Source: Hadesarchaea archaeon
GTDB lineage: Archaea > Hadarchaeota > Hadarchaeia > Hadarchaeales > Hadarchaeaceae
Length of the DNA: 64,000 nucleotides
Assembly: GCA_029259175.1 (NCBI GenBank)
Contig: JAPDJH010000009.1
Coordinates: forward strand, 18,123-82,122
Direction: 5' to 3'
Every line of letters starts with the position of its first letter. The first letter of the stretch is position 1. A program made the translations under genes and the position numbers. Of this stretch, positions 29,895 to 40,228 are shown in pieces. The notes under the pieces were generated by a model that was not told the origin of the DNA, ran no database searches, and worked only from the letters and a program-made list of their open reading frames with translations.

Positions 29895-30842
29895 ATGAAA
29901 GTCAGGGTTTTGAACATCCTTCCGGTCGTTGGAGTCTGCATACTGATCTCCGCATATATAATGGTCCAAAGTCCGCCACGCCTTTTGGTGGCCACCACCA
30001 CCAGTCTCTACGATACGGGATTGTTAGACCTGATAGGCGAAGCATATTTTGAAAACACTGGACACCGAGTTGGGTTCATCGCAGTTGGCACGGGACTGGC
30101 ACTCGAGCACGCCAAGCGGGGGGATGTGGACGCAGTTTTTGTGCACGCACCAACTCTAGAAAGCGAAATTCTGCAGGAAAACGCGTGCGGCTTGCGAAAA
30201 ATAATCGCATACAACTACTTCGTAATCGTGGGGCCAGCCAACGATCCAGCACACATTGCTGGCCTCTCCCCCACCCAAGCCATGCGCCGAATAGCGGAAA
30301 CAGGGAGCCTTTGGGTTTCGCGTGCCGATAACTCGGGCACCAACAATAAAGAAATCGCGCTATGGGAGGGAGCCGGATATGAGTACGAAAACTTGCGATC
30401 AAAGGACTGGTTTTTCGAAACAGGAACAGGAATGGGAAACACGCTCCTAGTAGCAAATGAAAAAGGAGCTTACACGTTAAGCGATACCGGCACGTTTCTC
30501 AAATACAAAAAGGAAAACCTGATCACGCTTGAAAAACTCGTGTCTGAAAGCGAGGAATTGCTCAATGTGTACAGCGTGATGGTGGTAAACCCAGAAAAAC
30601 ACCCATTCGTAAAATTCGAACTCGCGGCGGAATTTGTAGAGTTCCTCATATCGCCCGGAGTTCAACAGCTAATCGCAGAATTCGGGAAAGAAGAATTCGG
30701 AGAAGTTCTCTTCTATCCCGCTGTGGAAATATTGGAAAACGAAAACTCCGCTGTCGCTCAGTGGATAAAGGAAACAGCATTTATGGACAACTCTGAGTGT
30801 CCGCCCCATTTGAGGTTCGGAAGAGCGGATCTCTATGAGTGA
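29895..30842 (+). CDS. wtpA: Tungstate/molybdate ABC transporter substrate-binding protein (WtpA/TupA-like)
   Basis: Signal/anchor 'MKVRVLNILPVVGVCILISA', periplasmic-binding-fold motifs 'VATTTSLYDTGLLD', 'DAVFVHAP'. Start at the internal ATG at 29895. Confidence 0.7.
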   Translation: MKVRVLNILPVVGVCILISAYIMVQSPPRLLVATTTSLYDTGLLDLIGEAYFENTGHRVGFIAVGTGLALEHAKRGDVDAVFVHAPTLESEILQENACGLRKIIAYNYFVIVGPANDPAHIAGLSPTQAMRRIAETGSLWVSRADNSGTNNKEIALWEGAGYEYENLRSKDWFFETGTGMGNTLLVANEKGAYTLSDTGTFLKYKKENLITLEKLVSESEELLNVYSVMVVNPEKHPFVKFELAAEFVEFLISPGVQQLIAEFGKEEFGEVLFYPAVEILENENSAVAQWIKETAFMDNSECPPHLRFGRADLYE

Positions 30843-31473
30843 GGGCCTGATCCCAATCGTGCTTCGATCGCTTATGGTCTCAGGAACAGCCACAGTACTG
30901 GCGGCGACTTGGAGCTTACCCATAGCAGTAAAAATCGGGACAACACACTTTCGCGGAAAAAAGATAGTAAGGGACTTCTTCAATGCGATGATCGGAATTC
31001 CCACCGTCGCGCTGGGCCTTGTGTTGTATTTGCTTCTCTCACGGGAAGGAGCGCTAGGATTTCTAAACTTGCTGTACACTCCCTCCGCCATTATGCTTGG
31101 ACAGGCGCTTCTAATAACGCCGCTGATGATCAGCTTCCTCATGCATGCTATCGAGGAAGTAAACCCGTTGATAAAAGAGACGGCCCTCACCTTGGGTGCG
31201 AGCGAACGGGAAGCGAACAGAGTCGTTCTAAGAGAAGCCAAAAAAGGAAGCGTGTTGGCCACTGTTGCTGGATTCAACCGGGCTATATCTGAACTCGGTA
31301 TTGCGCTCATGGTAGGAGGAAACCTCGCAGGAACAACGCGAGTAATGACCACTGAAATCTCTCGGGTCGTATCAGGCGGAGATATCGAGCTAGCAATCCA
31401 GTTAACCATCGTGCTTCTGAGTATCGCCTTCACATCAACACTTATTTTAAATCGGTTGAGGGGGTCCGAATGA
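30835..31473 (+). CDS. wtpB: ABC transporter permease (WtpB)
   Basis: 212 aa polytopic, EAA-like loop 'ETALTLGASEREANRVVLREA'. Confidence 0.7.
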   Translation: MSEGLIPIVLRSLMVSGTATVLAATWSLPIAVKIGTTHFRGKKIVRDFFNAMIGIPTVALGLVLYLLLSREGALGFLNLLYTPSAIMLGQALLITPLMISFLMHAIEEVNPLIKETALTLGASEREANRVVLREAKKGSVLATVAGFNRAISELGIALMVGGNLAGTTRVMTTEISRVVSGGDIELAIQLTIVLLSIAFTSTLILNRLRGSE

Positions 31474-32183
31474 CTCCCATCCTTGAAGCCCATAAGGTGT
31501 GGAAGAGTTTTGGCTCGATTCGAGCGTTGAGAGGGATAACGCTGGACATATCGGAAAACGAAACGGTGAGTATTATCGGACCGAACGGAGCCGGGAAAAC
31601 TACTCTGCTTCGCATCCTGGCATTGCTGGAAAGACCAGACAAGGGATGGGTGCGCTACAGAGGAGAGAAAGTGGAAAGCGGGGAGAAGCACCGTGGAGAA
31701 ATCACCATGGTATTTCAAAACCCTGCATTCTTCACCGGCACTGTAGCTGACAACGTTGGATATGGACTGAAAATTAGAGGGATGGACAAACAAACGATCC
31801 GGCGAAAAGTCCGTGAAGCTCTCAGGGCTGTAAATCTCGCGGGTTTTGAAAAAAGAAAGATCAAAGCATTATCGGGAGGTGAAAAACAAAGAGTCGCGCT
31901 GGCCCGAGCGTTATGTATCGAACCGAGAGTACTCCTTCTCGATGAACCCACAGCGAACTTGGATCCGCCAAACTGTGAGAGAATAAGGAGGGTCCTAAAA
32001 AGAATCAAGAAAAATATCACGGTTGTAATAGCGAGCCACCATCTGGGGCTGGCAAAAACTGTAGCCGACCGAGTAGCGTATATCCACCAAGGCAAGCTCT
32101 TGGAAATCGGCTCTCCCGAACAAATCTTTGGAAAGCCCAGACACCGCCTCACAAAGCTGTTCGTGGAGGGCAAACTAGTTTAA
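31470..32183 (+). CDS. wtpC: ABC transporter ATP-binding protein (WtpC)
   Basis: Walker A 'GPNGAGKTTLL', signature 'LSGGEKQRVALARAL', Walker B 'LLLDEPTANLD'. Confidence 0.8.
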   Translation: MTPILEAHKVWKSFGSIRALRGITLDISENETVSIIGPNGAGKTTLLRILALLERPDKGWVRYRGEKVESGEKHRGEITMVFQNPAFFTGTVADNVGYGLKIRGMDKQTIRRKVREALRAVNLAGFEKRKIKALSGGEKQRVALARALCIEPRVLLLDEPTANLDPPNCERIRRVLKRIKKNITVVIASHHLGLAKTVADRVAYIHQGKLLEIGSPEQIFGKPRHRLTKLFVEGKLV

Positions 32184-32213
32184 GTTATAGGCTTTCAAAC
32201 CAGAAAAATTTGG

Positions 32214-33485
32214 ATGCTCCTAAAGCTTTTTCGAAAAGGTGAGCAGAAGCCAAAAGTCAAGGCAATCAATTTCAAGGATGTGGGAAAGGAAGTCGAAAAA
32301 AGAAAAACCGAACAGCTGGAGAAATTCAAAAATTTCGCGAAAGAACCTCTTCGAAAGCTCCAACATCAAAGAGCCGAAATTTTGAAAGTCCTGAAACAGT
32401 TGAAAGAGAGCGAAGTAAGCGAGGAAATCCACCCGGGTTTGTATAGGGCAAGCATCGAAGCCAGACGTCTGTTGGTAGAAAAAACGACACGAGTGCTTGA
32501 GGAGGTCAAGATAGGAGAACTAAAAGCCCTGGACGATATTACCACGCTCAAAGAACGGCTTGAAAGAATTTCGACACAAACAGCGCATGCGATTCTCGCT
32601 CACGGGAAAAGACCATCTATTGTTTTCGGACGAGAAATGCGCGCTCTCAAAACAGCAATTATCGAGTTTCAGCAAACGGTGAACGAAATCACCAAAAAAA
32701 TTGAGGAAATGAGTCCAGTGATCGAACAACTAAATCTCTTGAAAGCCAAAACAGAGAGCTATCAGCAACTAAAGATCGAGATGATAGAAAGAGAAAAACA
32801 ACTGGCAACCCTGCGAAATCGCAAAAAAGAACTGGAGGCTGAAGCGGAGAAAAAACAGAAAGAAGCGGAAATCTTTGCTCGTAGCCCGCACTATCGGGAG
32901 GCCGAAGAACTAGCGAAAAAAATCAGGGAGGTTGAAGCGGAGATCGCCCGTATTCAACATGAATTTGAAACACGAGTACATACCGTAAATCGGCTGTTAC
33001 GCAAGATACGGAAAGTCGTGGAAAAAGAACTCTCGCGAGAAAGGCGCCTTCTGATAAGTGTTCTGATTCACGAACCCGCCAGCGTTTTGGACACCGAAGA
33101 AAAGGCTCGTGCGGCTCAATCCTTGTTAGAAGTCGTTTTAACAGTTGCAGAGAGCGAGCAAATCGAAAAGGACAAGAAGAAACAGGAAAAAATGATGGCC
33201 GAACTTCGAAGGCTTATATCCGAAAAAACAATTGAAAGCACATTTAATAGAATAAGATCGCTCCAAAGCGAAAAAGAAAAGCTGTTGGCTCGGTGGGAAA
33301 AGGAACCAGAACTCGAATATGCACGAATTAAGTCTGCGGCCAGAGAATTGGAAGAACAAACAAAGCAAATAGAAAAAGAAATCCAGCTGATGGAATCCAT
33401 GTCTCACGGGGGAAAAGTCAACCAGCTACAAGAAGAAATCAAGCAAATCGGAAAAGAACTGGGAATGGAGATCACTTTTTCTTGA
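32214..33485 (+). CDS. Lys/Glu-rich long coiled-coil protein, hypothetical
   Basis: 423 aa, almost entirely heptad-like charged helices (e.g. '[49 protein letters not shown]'). The 3' end overlaps the S27ae stop convergently by ~14 nt. Confidence 0.45.
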   Translation: MLLKLFRKGEQKPKVKAINFKDVGKEVEKRKTEQLEKFKNFAKEPLRKLQHQRAEILKVLKQLKESEVSEEIHPGLYRASIEARRLLVEKTTRVLEEVKIGELKALDDITTLKERLERISTQTAHAILAHGKRPSIVFGREMRALKTAIIEFQQTVNEITKKIEEMSPVIEQLNLLKAKTESYQQLKIEMIEREKQLATLRNRKKELEAEAEKKQKEAEIFARSPHYREAEELAKKIREVEAEIARIQHEFETRVHTVNRLLRKIRKVVEKELSRERRLLISVLIHEPASVLDTEEKARAAQSLLEVVLTVAESEQIEKDKKKQEKMMAELRRLISEKTIESTFNRIRSLQSEKEKLLARWEKEPELEYARIKSAARELEEQTKQIEKEIQLMESMSHGGKVNQLQEEIKQIGKELGMEITFS

Positions 33486-33648
33486 ACTCGGTATATCCGC
33501 ATCGTCCGCATGCCAGACGATTCCCATGATCGGCCAAAAAAACTCCATCTCCACATCTCGGGCATCGCTGACGCAAGCGTTTCAGCTTTCCGTCCTTAAC
33601 CTCATACAGTTTGGCCTTGCGCGCCTCTGGCGATTTTTTCTCGGCTAT
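33472..33648 (-). CDS. rps27ae: Ribosomal protein S27ae (eS31) with no canonical start codon
   Basis: Reverse-strand translation gives '[58 protein letters not shown]', classic S27ae with a C4 zinc ribbon. The frame is closed 8 codons upstream by TGA with no ATG/GTG/TTG in between. The first conserved codon is ATA, overlapping the S24e TAG stop. Confidence 0.55.
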   Translation of the reverse strand: MAEKKSPEARKAKLYEVKDGKLKRLRQRCPRCGDGVFLADHGNRLACGRCGYTEFKKK

Positions 33649-34052
33649 GGTTCTCCCTCCTTCTTTTCTTCCTCAGGTGGTTTCTGCTCTTCCTCCTTCT
33701 TTTCTTCTTCGGATGGTTTCTGCTCGGCTTGTTGAGGTGGCTTTTCTTCGACCTGCTGCTCACCACCTTCTTTGAGCAAACCCATCCGCTTCAATAAATA
33801 TGGGGGCTCGAGTGAACGCATTTGATCCTCGTTCTGATAAACGCGCGCAATCCCCGATGACTCCGCCTTACCATGCAGACTGGCTATCTTCTCAATCACT
33901 ATCAAGTCGGGAGTGGCTTGGAGTAAAGAAGCAAGCTGATCCCGAACTTCGAGACGTTTGGGAGTTGGGGCACTTGGATGAGATATCCTGAAATTGACCT
34001 CCAATCTGCCCAGCACTGGATTCTCCTTTTTCTCCACAATCTGGAGCTCCAT
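33645..34052 (-). CDS. rps24e: Ribosomal protein S24e (eS24) with KE-rich C-terminal extension
   Basis: '[44 protein letters not shown]...[22 protein letters not shown]', then a '[17 protein letters not shown]' tail. Confidence 0.8.
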   Translation of the reverse strand: MELQIVEKKENPVLGRLEVNFRISHPSAPTPKRLEVRDQLASLLQATPDLIVIEKIASLHGKAESSGIARVYQNEDQMRSLEPPYLLKRMGLLKEGGEQQVEEKPPQQAEQKPSEEEKKEEEQKPPEEEKKEGEP

Positions 34053-34091
34053 ACGAACCCCATATCATACGGGACTGGCTTAAAAAAGTAG

Positions 34092-34436
34092 TTACCGAAT
34101 CTTGCCAGCCACATTTCTGGCGAGAGCTGTCGCGATAAGAATGACTATAACCATCACCGTAGCCAGAACAGCGACGGGCAGCACAGGACTGGAAAATTCG
34201 GAAACCGAATAACTAATCAGCAACAGAACAAAAGCCAGCAGATGTAACATTCCGAAGGTTTGAGGATAAAGAGGAAGTACAAGCACAGCCGTGACGGAGG
34301 AAATCACAGCCATAAAGGCTGAAAGCAAGCCAAGCACGATCTGCCAAGGGGACTCGTACGGAGATGCCTGGGCCGCGACCGGAGATGCCAGAACCAACAG
34401 CAAAAAAACAGCAACTAAGCATGTTCCCCTTTTCAT
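34092..34436 (-). CDS. Small integral membrane protein (3 TM), hypothetical
   Basis: 114 aa, three hydrophobic helices. Confidence 0.35.
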   Translation of the reverse strand: MKRGTCLVAVFLLLVLASPVAAQASPYESPWQIVLGLLSAFMAVISSVTAVLVLPLYPQTFGMLHLLAFVLLLISYSVSEFSSPVLPVAVLATVMVIVILIATALARNVAGKIR

Positions 34437-34933
34437 TCACTCACCTTTTCAAACTGCTTGAAAAACTCCATAAATTTTTGTTTTGATTGTTCAGACACTC
34501 TCACAATTACCATTCCCTCGCGAGGCTGTCCGTAAACGATCACCGCGCCGACCGGTGTTTGCTGAACAGCCGGGATAACCGCCAAGTCCTCCTCTCCCTC
34601 GACCACTATCTTCAAAGGTCTTTCTGGACGGGTAAAAGCCTCAAAAAGTTCGTTGGTAAGAGTGCCCGCGGGATTTCTGACTCGAACCTCTGGTGCTTGC
34701 CATTTCTGGACAATAGCTTTCACCTCCGGAGAGGAACGATCACGCATTACCTTGAAATCGACAACTGCGATATCCGGGGGCACTCCCTCCCGAATAAAAT
34801 GAGCGGTCACCACATCGCCGATAGTTATCAGGACCACGGGGCGCCGAGTTCTAAGCCATTCTGGAATTTCAGAAACAAGTTCACCCAGCGGCCGTCCGAG
34901 CACCGGTCGAAGACGGTCGGGAAGACGCCACAT
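34433..34933 (-). CDS. GTP-dependent dephospho-CoA kinase (DUF359 family)
   Basis: 166 aa. 'VVLITIGDVVTAHFIREGVPPDIAVVDFKVMR' matches the archaeal DUF359/COG1909 dephospho-CoA kinase family. Confidence 0.6.
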   Translation of the reverse strand: MWRLPDRLRPVLGRPLGELVSEIPEWLRTRRPVVLITIGDVVTAHFIREGVPPDIAVVDFKVMRDRSSPEVKAIVQKWQAPEVRVRNPAGTLTNELFEAFTRPERPLKIVVEGEEDLAVIPAVQQTPVGAVIVYGQPREGMVIVRVSEQSKQKFMEFFKQFEKVSE

Positions 34934-34956
34934 GTGCTCAACAACCGCTTTTACAG

Positions 34957-37815
34957 GTGGAAGAAAAAGGTTTGGGTGTGAGCGAGGTTCTGGATCTGCT
35001 GCCCCCGGTCATCAGAAAAATTGCAGAAAAGCAAGGAATCAAAGAACCGACGCCGCCGCAAGAACTTGCCATCCCGCCGATTCTCGAAGGGAAACACGTG
35101 CTGGTAATCGCCCCAACGGGGAGTGGCAAAACTGAAGCAGCGATGCTTCCCATTCTGAGCAGGCTCATCGAGGAAAAGGATAGACCGGGGATCAAGGCAG
35201 TATATGTGGCGCCTCTAAGAGCGCTCAACAGAGACATGCTACGACGTTTCGAAAGGTGGGCTGAGGAACTCGACATCTCGGTTACTGTCCGGCACGGGGA
35301 CACCACTCTCGCTGAGAGAAGAAAACAATCCAAGCAGCCCCCAGACATGCTTATCACTACTCCAGAAACTCTGCAAGCAATCCTCCCCGGAAAAAACTTT
35401 AGGAAACACCTAAGCGCCGTGCGATGGGTGGTAGTGGACGAAGTGCACGAATTGTATGGGGACAAGAGGGGGGCTCAACTCTCAATTGGTCTGGAACGCT
35501 TGGTCGAGTTGGCCGGTGAATTCCAGCGGATTGGCCTTTCAGCCACTGTTGGCGAACCCAGGCGGGTTGGCAAGTTCTTGGTTGGAGCCCATCGCGAAGT
35601 GGTGATCGTTAATGCCACACACGAAAAAGAAATGGAAATTGTAGTCGAGACACCGAGTGTTACTCCGCTAGACACTGAGCTAACCGAGAAGCTTGGTGTG
35701 GACCCACTAACAGCTGCACGCATTCGCAGAGTGAAAGAGATAATCCAACAACATCCCGGATGTCTCGTATTCGTCAACACCCGAGAGACGGCCGAGTTCT
35801 TAGGCTCCAAGCTCCGGTTGCTGGAGATTCCCATCAGCGTGCATCATGGGTCGCTCGCACGAGAAACGAGGCTCGCCGGAGAACAAAAGTTCAAAGAGGG
35901 AGAGCTAGAAGCGCTTGTATGCACTTCCTCTATGGAATTGGGACTAGATATCGGGCGCGTCTCGCTGGTGATCCAGTATTCGTCGCCGAGACAGGCCGTG
36001 AGAGCAATCCAGCGAATTGGACGGGCTGGACACAAAACTTGGAGGGTTTCCAGAGGAATCATACTAGCCACTAGTCCCGAAGATGCGCTCGAATCAGCTG
36101 TCATAGGGCGCCGAGCAAAAAACGCGTTATTAGAAGCGGAAAAAGCGCACGAACAGGCTTTGGATGTGTTGGCTCACCAAATTGTTGGAATCGTGTTGGA
36201 CAAAGGGGAAACACAAAGGGAAGAGATACTCAGCATAGTTCAGCGGAGCGCGTTTTATGAAGGAATGAGTGAGCGTAGGTTCGAGAGAGTGTTGGGACAG
36301 TTAGAATCCCAAAGACTCATAACAAACGCTGGAGAAAAAATCAAAGCTCGGAGAAAAGGATTCGAATACTATTATACCAACCTTTCGATGATCCCAGATA
36401 CCGTTCGATACCAGATAAGAGAACTCGCGAGCAGGCGAAAGATTGGTCACCTTGACGAAGAATTCGTGAAAGCCAACCTCTATCCCCAGACCACATTTGT
36501 GTGTAGTGGAGAAACTTGGAAAGTCCTAGAAATCAACGACGAGAAAAAAGTAGTACTCGTGGAAAAACATGACGACCCTACGGGGGCAATTCCTGCATGG
36601 GAGGGAGAGCTGATCCCTGTGAGTGAGCAAACAGCTAAAGATGTGGCGCGTTGGAGAAAAAACATTGAAACCCTTCTACGAGGCGGAAAAACCAAAGAGG
36701 AAGTAGTCCAGAGAATCAGAGCTGAGCTACCACTGGCCCAAGAAGCGGCCGAGTGGATAGTGGACGAAATCGCGGAGCTCTTGAATGACCGATTCCCAGT
36801 TCCAACAGACAAACGTGTGGTGCTCGAAACAGTGGGGAATTATGTTGTGATCCACGTGCCCGGAGGAACAGTAATCAACAGAACGCTGGGGTGGGTTCTC
36901 GGAGAATTGCTCACGGCTCGCATCGGATCTAGCGTGCGTGTGAAGACGGATTCATACCGCATAGCTCTCGGCTTTCCTGCCAGTGGTCAGCCGTCTTTGG
37001 TTCGGGAATTGTTGCAACAGCTAGATAAAACACACATCCAAACAGTCAGCGAGCTGACCATCAAAAAAAGTGCTGCGTTCAGATGGAGACTCCTGCAGGT
37101 AGCTAAACGCTTTGGAACAATTCGGAAAGATGCCGATCTCTCCTCTGTCCCTATTCACAAACTAATAGACTCGCTCGCTGAGACACCCGTGTTTGAGGAG
37201 ACCTATCGGGAAATGATGACGGATCGGCTGGATTTCGAAGGCACAGCGAACATGTTGAATGAAATAAAGAAGGCTGAAGTAGTTGAAGTATTTCGTGGAG
37301 AGCCCTCCATTTTGGCTTGGTATTTGCTCAACCAACTAAGCGGAGGAGAAGTTATAATTCCAAAGCGGGCGGAACGAGAGATTCTGGCCATGGTAAAACA
37401 CCGGTTAGAGAACAGTATGATTACGCTAGTCTGCTTGAACTGCCTGAAGTGGAAGCAAACTACCCGGATTAAAAGGGTGGATGAAAAACCGCGGTGCAAG
37501 AACTGTGGAGCCCGACTACTTGCGATCGTTCCCCGTGGAGAAAGACACGTGATAGGATTGCTAAAAAAGCGCCGGGAGGGAGCAAGCCTAAGCAGGACTG
37601 AAATGGAGGTGGTAAAACGAGCAGAACGGACGGCTTCGCTGGTACTCACTCATGGACGGAAAGCCCTAATCGCTCTCGCTGGCAGAGGGATAGGATGGAA
37701 AACCGCCAGCAGAATTCTCGCTAAAAGCTATAAAACAGAAGATGATTTTTACAAAGAAATCCTGCGTGCAGAACGCACATATGCCAGAACTCGCAGATTT
37801 TGGGATCACAAATAA
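34957..37815 (+). CDS. lhr: Lhr-type large SF2 helicase (archaeal Lhr-like, with C-terminal Zn ribbon)
   Basis: 952 aa. 'VLVIAPTGSGKTEAAMLPIL', 'VVVDEVHE', 'HHGSLARETR', plus C-terminal 'CLNCLKWKQTTRIKRVDEKPRCKNCGARL' as in Lhr-family proteins. Confidence 0.75.
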   Translation: MEEKGLGVSEVLDLLPPVIRKIAEKQGIKEPTPPQELAIPPILEGKHVLVIAPTGSGKTEAAMLPILSRLIEEKDRPGIKAVYVAPLRALNRDMLRRFERWAEELDISVTVRHGDTTLAERRKQSKQPPDMLITTPETLQAILPGKNFRKHLSAVRWVVVDEVHELYGDKRGAQLSIGLERLVELAGEFQRIGLSATVGEPRRVGKFLVGAHREVVIVNATHEKEMEIVVETPSVTPLDTELTEKLGVDPLTAARIRRVKEIIQQHPGCLVFVNTRETAEFLGSKLRLLEIPISVHHGSLARETRLAGEQKFKEGELEALVCTSSMELGLDIGRVSLVIQYSSPRQAVRAIQRIGRAGHKTWRVSRGIILATSPEDALESAVIGRRAKNALLEAEKAHEQALDVLAHQIVGIVLDKGETQREEILSIVQRSAFYEGMSERRFERVLGQLESQRLITNAGEKIKARRKGFEYYYTNLSMIPDTVRYQIRELASRRKIGHLDEEFVKANLYPQTTFVCSGETWKVLEINDEKKVVLVEKHDDPTGAIPAWEGELIPVSEQTAKDVARWRKNIETLLRGGKTKEEVVQRIRAELPLAQEAAEWIVDEIAELLNDRFPVPTDKRVVLETVGNYVVIHVPGGTVINRTLGWVLGELLTARIGSSVRVKTDSYRIALGFPASGQPSLVRELLQQLDKTHIQTVSELTIKKSAAFRWRLLQVAKRFGTIRKDADLSSVPIHKLIDSLAETPVFEETYREMMTDRLDFEGTANMLNEIKKAEVVEVFRGEPSILAWYLLNQLSGGEVIIPKRAEREILAMVKHRLENSMITLVCLNCLKWKQTTRIKRVDEKPRCKNCGARLLAIVPRGERHVIGLLKKRREGASLSRTEMEVVKRAERTASLVLTHGRKALIALAGRGIGWKTASRILAKSYKTEDDFYKEILRAERTYARTRRFWDHK

Positions 37816-37861
37816 TGAAGTTCTTATTATGGCATAACGCATTAATGGAGGAGGGAGATTC

Positions 37862-39121
37862 GTGGCGCGAGAGAAAACCATTCACGACCCTGTTCACGGA
37901 AGTATGCGACTCGGAGGAATCGTGCTCGATCTAATCGACACTGTGGAAGTGCAGCGCCTTCGTGGGATAAAACAACTGGGGCTCGCAAATGTTGCCTTTC
38001 CCGGAGCAAATCATTCCAGGTTCGAGCACGCCTTGGGTGTTGCTTACGTTGGGGGCCGCGTTGCCCAGGAGCTCGGGTTGGACGAACACGAGCGTAACCT
38101 GCTTCAAGCAGCGGCGGTCCTGCACGATGTGGGACACGCCCCATTCTCACACACTCTGGAGCACCTCATGGTCCACAAGCTGAAAATGGATCACATGGAG
38201 CTAACAGGGGAGATAATAGGAGGGAAAATCGATATCGAGAAATGCAGAAATGTCAAAATTCGAGCACCCCGAGTATTCAAAGTGTTGGAAAAATGGGGAA
38301 TCGCAGCAGATGAAGTCGCACAACTGTTGATCGGAAAACACAGGCAAAGATATCTAGGAGAGTTGCTACATAGTGAGGTCGATGTGGATCAGATAGACTA
38401 TCTTCTTCGGGATTCGCATTACACGGGTGTCGCGCTAGGAATGGTAGACGCAGATAGACTGATTCGAACGCTTGCGATCTCTAACGAAAGATTGTGTATT
38501 CTGGAGAAGGGTGTTGAAGCCGTTGAAGGAATGCTCACTGCCCGCGGGCTGATGTACAGTTCTGTATACTATCATCACACAGTACGATCGGCAGAAGTGA
38601 TGATGAGTAACGCCGTGGACTGGGCGCTCGACCACGACACAGACGGGAGGTTGGAAAATCTATTTTTGATGAACGATTCGCAGCTGGTGGAGGCTTTATG
38701 GGAAATAGGAGGATATGCTGCCCAAATGATGGCTCGGATCGAGTACCGGCGGCTATTCAAGACCGCCTACATGGAGCCACGTAGAGAGCTAACTGCGGGA
38801 GAAAAAAGAGAATACTTAAAACGGTTTGGAGAATTCTCCAAGATAAAAGAGATCCAAGCCGAGATTGCTGATAAAGCAAAAGTAGATTTTGGAACTGTGC
38901 TCTTAGATGTTCCAGTGGTAGACATTATCACTTCGGAGCCGCGAATCCAGAAAGTAGAAATGCCCGTGCTCTCAGAGGGCAAACTGAAAAAACTAACAGA
39001 AGTCTCATTGATTGCCGAAGCACTAAAACGCAGACAAGCGCCGCGTTATCTGGTTCGGGTACTAACGGAACCAAAGCTTGTATCTCGCGTAAAAAAAGCT
39101 GCAACTAAAATTCTGGGTTAA
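37862..39121 (+). CDS. HD-domain phosphohydrolase (dNTP triphosphohydrolase-like)
   Basis: 'HSRFEHALGVAYVGGRVAQELG...AAAVLHDVGHAPFSHTLEH' HD motif, 'DQIDYLLRDSHYTGV'. Confidence 0.7.
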   Translation: MAREKTIHDPVHGSMRLGGIVLDLIDTVEVQRLRGIKQLGLANVAFPGANHSRFEHALGVAYVGGRVAQELGLDEHERNLLQAAAVLHDVGHAPFSHTLEHLMVHKLKMDHMELTGEIIGGKIDIEKCRNVKIRAPRVFKVLEKWGIAADEVAQLLIGKHRQRYLGELLHSEVDVDQIDYLLRDSHYTGVALGMVDADRLIRTLAISNERLCILEKGVEAVEGMLTARGLMYSSVYYHHTVRSAEVMMSNAVDWALDHDTDGRLENLFLMNDSQLVEALWEIGGYAAQMMARIEYRRLFKTAYMEPRRELTAGEKREYLKRFGEFSKIKEIQAEIADKAKVDFGTVLLDVPVVDIITSEPRIQKVEMPVLSEGKLKKLTEVSLIAEALKRRQAPRYLVRVLTEPKLVSRVKKAATKILG

Positions 39122-39657
39122 CTTCGGAGGGCGCGCCACCCCAGCTCGGTGGGTTTGAGCGATCCATCCATGTATCCGAGAATCTGTAAGCGGCGGATTT
39201 GTCCTTTAGCAACCGCGAGCGGTACACCGACTTCGGCAGCCGCCCGTTCGATGGTAAGCCCGCGCTCGAGCCCACGCATGAGACCGCGGCCCACCTCGCC
39301 CACTAAAAACTCATCGGCTATACGCTCCTTCACGGCAGGATCCAGCTTAGCACGGTTCAAAATTTTCCGTAGCAGTCCGGGTCCCGGTGGCATTCTATAT
39401 TTTTTGTACAATGTGCGTTCACTGATTTTTGAACCAGCGATCGCACTTCGCAGTGATTCTAGATCTCTAACCAGTTCGAAGAGTGACGGATGAACTGGCA
39501 TTGGTGCACCTTCGCTCTGCTGTGCTTGGAGCCTGCGGCGCAACTCACCGAGTTCTTGTTCGAGCTGTCGCTGACGGACGATTCCACCACGACCGAAGAG
39601 CATGAGGGCCAATAGAGCGATTATCACCAGCATCAGAAATATATCGACCAGCCACAT
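39118..39657 (-). CDS. Membrane-anchored wHTH regulator (second copy of this architecture)
   Basis: 'MWLVDIFLMLVIIALLALMLF' TM helix, then a coiled region and C-terminal 'AAAEVGVPLAVAKGQIRRLQILGYMD'. Start at the internal ATG at 39657. The longer ORF overlaps the divergent promoter region. Confidence 0.45.
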   Translation of the reverse strand: MWLVDIFLMLVIIALLALMLFGRGGIVRQRQLEQELGELRRRLQAQQSEGAPMPVHPSLFELVRDLESLRSAIAGSKISERTLYKKYRMPPGPGLLRKILNRAKLDPAVKERIADEFLVGEVGRGLMRGLERGLTIERAAAEVGVPLAVAKGQIRRLQILGYMDGSLKPTELGWRALRS

Positions 39658-39751
39658 ATCACCGCTCAACCTAACGCGTTGAAATTTAAAAAGATGCGGG
39701 GTGAAAACGGGTAGGTTTTTATAGACCACTGCCCTAACTCTCTCGACCGCT

Positions 39752-40222
39752 ATGCGTGTGGCTGTGCAAGGACTCGGGACCGTGCCAACCACTGTGCTCA
39801 TGGTGCTAGAACAGGAGAAACCCGATGTCTGCTATGTGATATGTTCGGACTATCAGATGAACCACGTGGCAAAAGAAGCTGGGTTTGAAAAACCAAATCG
39901 TGAGCTCATAAAGGAAAAGGCTGAGGAACTGGGAACAAAGATCGAGTTCAAGCTATGTGATGTTTTCAATCCAGTATCCGTTGGTAATGTCGTTGGTGAG
40001 ATCCTCAACAAGCTAAACCCAAAAGAGGATGAGGTGGTGGTGAACTACACAGGAGGAACAGCAGTGGTACGACTGCTGCTGGGGACTATGGGCGTGGTGC
40101 TTTCAAGTATAATGAAGGCGAAGGTTGTATACGCGATAAGCTATTCAGAAGGAATGGAGATCTCTGAAGACCACACGGAAGCTTTGAAAGCGATTTTCGA
40201 ACGTCTCCGGATCATTAGCTAA
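39752..40222 (+). CDS. Minimal CARF-like Rossmann-domain protein (stand-alone, no effector domain)
   Basis: 156 aa. 'MRVAVQGLGTVP...DVCYVICS...DEVVVNYTGGTAVVRLLLGTMGVVLSSIMKAKVVYAISYSEG' matches the CARF/Csx1-N-terminal pattern (core 'TGGT(K)' motif followed by a small hydrophobic helix and 'VxY'). 6-nt gap to the downstream ThrC-like gene. Confidence 0.4.
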   Translation: MRVAVQGLGTVPTTVLMVLEQEKPDVCYVICSDYQMNHVAKEAGFEKPNRELIKEKAEELGTKIEFKLCDVFNPVSVGNVVGEILNKLNPKEDEVVVNYTGGTAVVRLLLGTMGVVLSSIMKAKVVYAISYSEGMEISEDHTEALKAIFERLRIIS

Positions 40223-40228
40223 CGGTCG

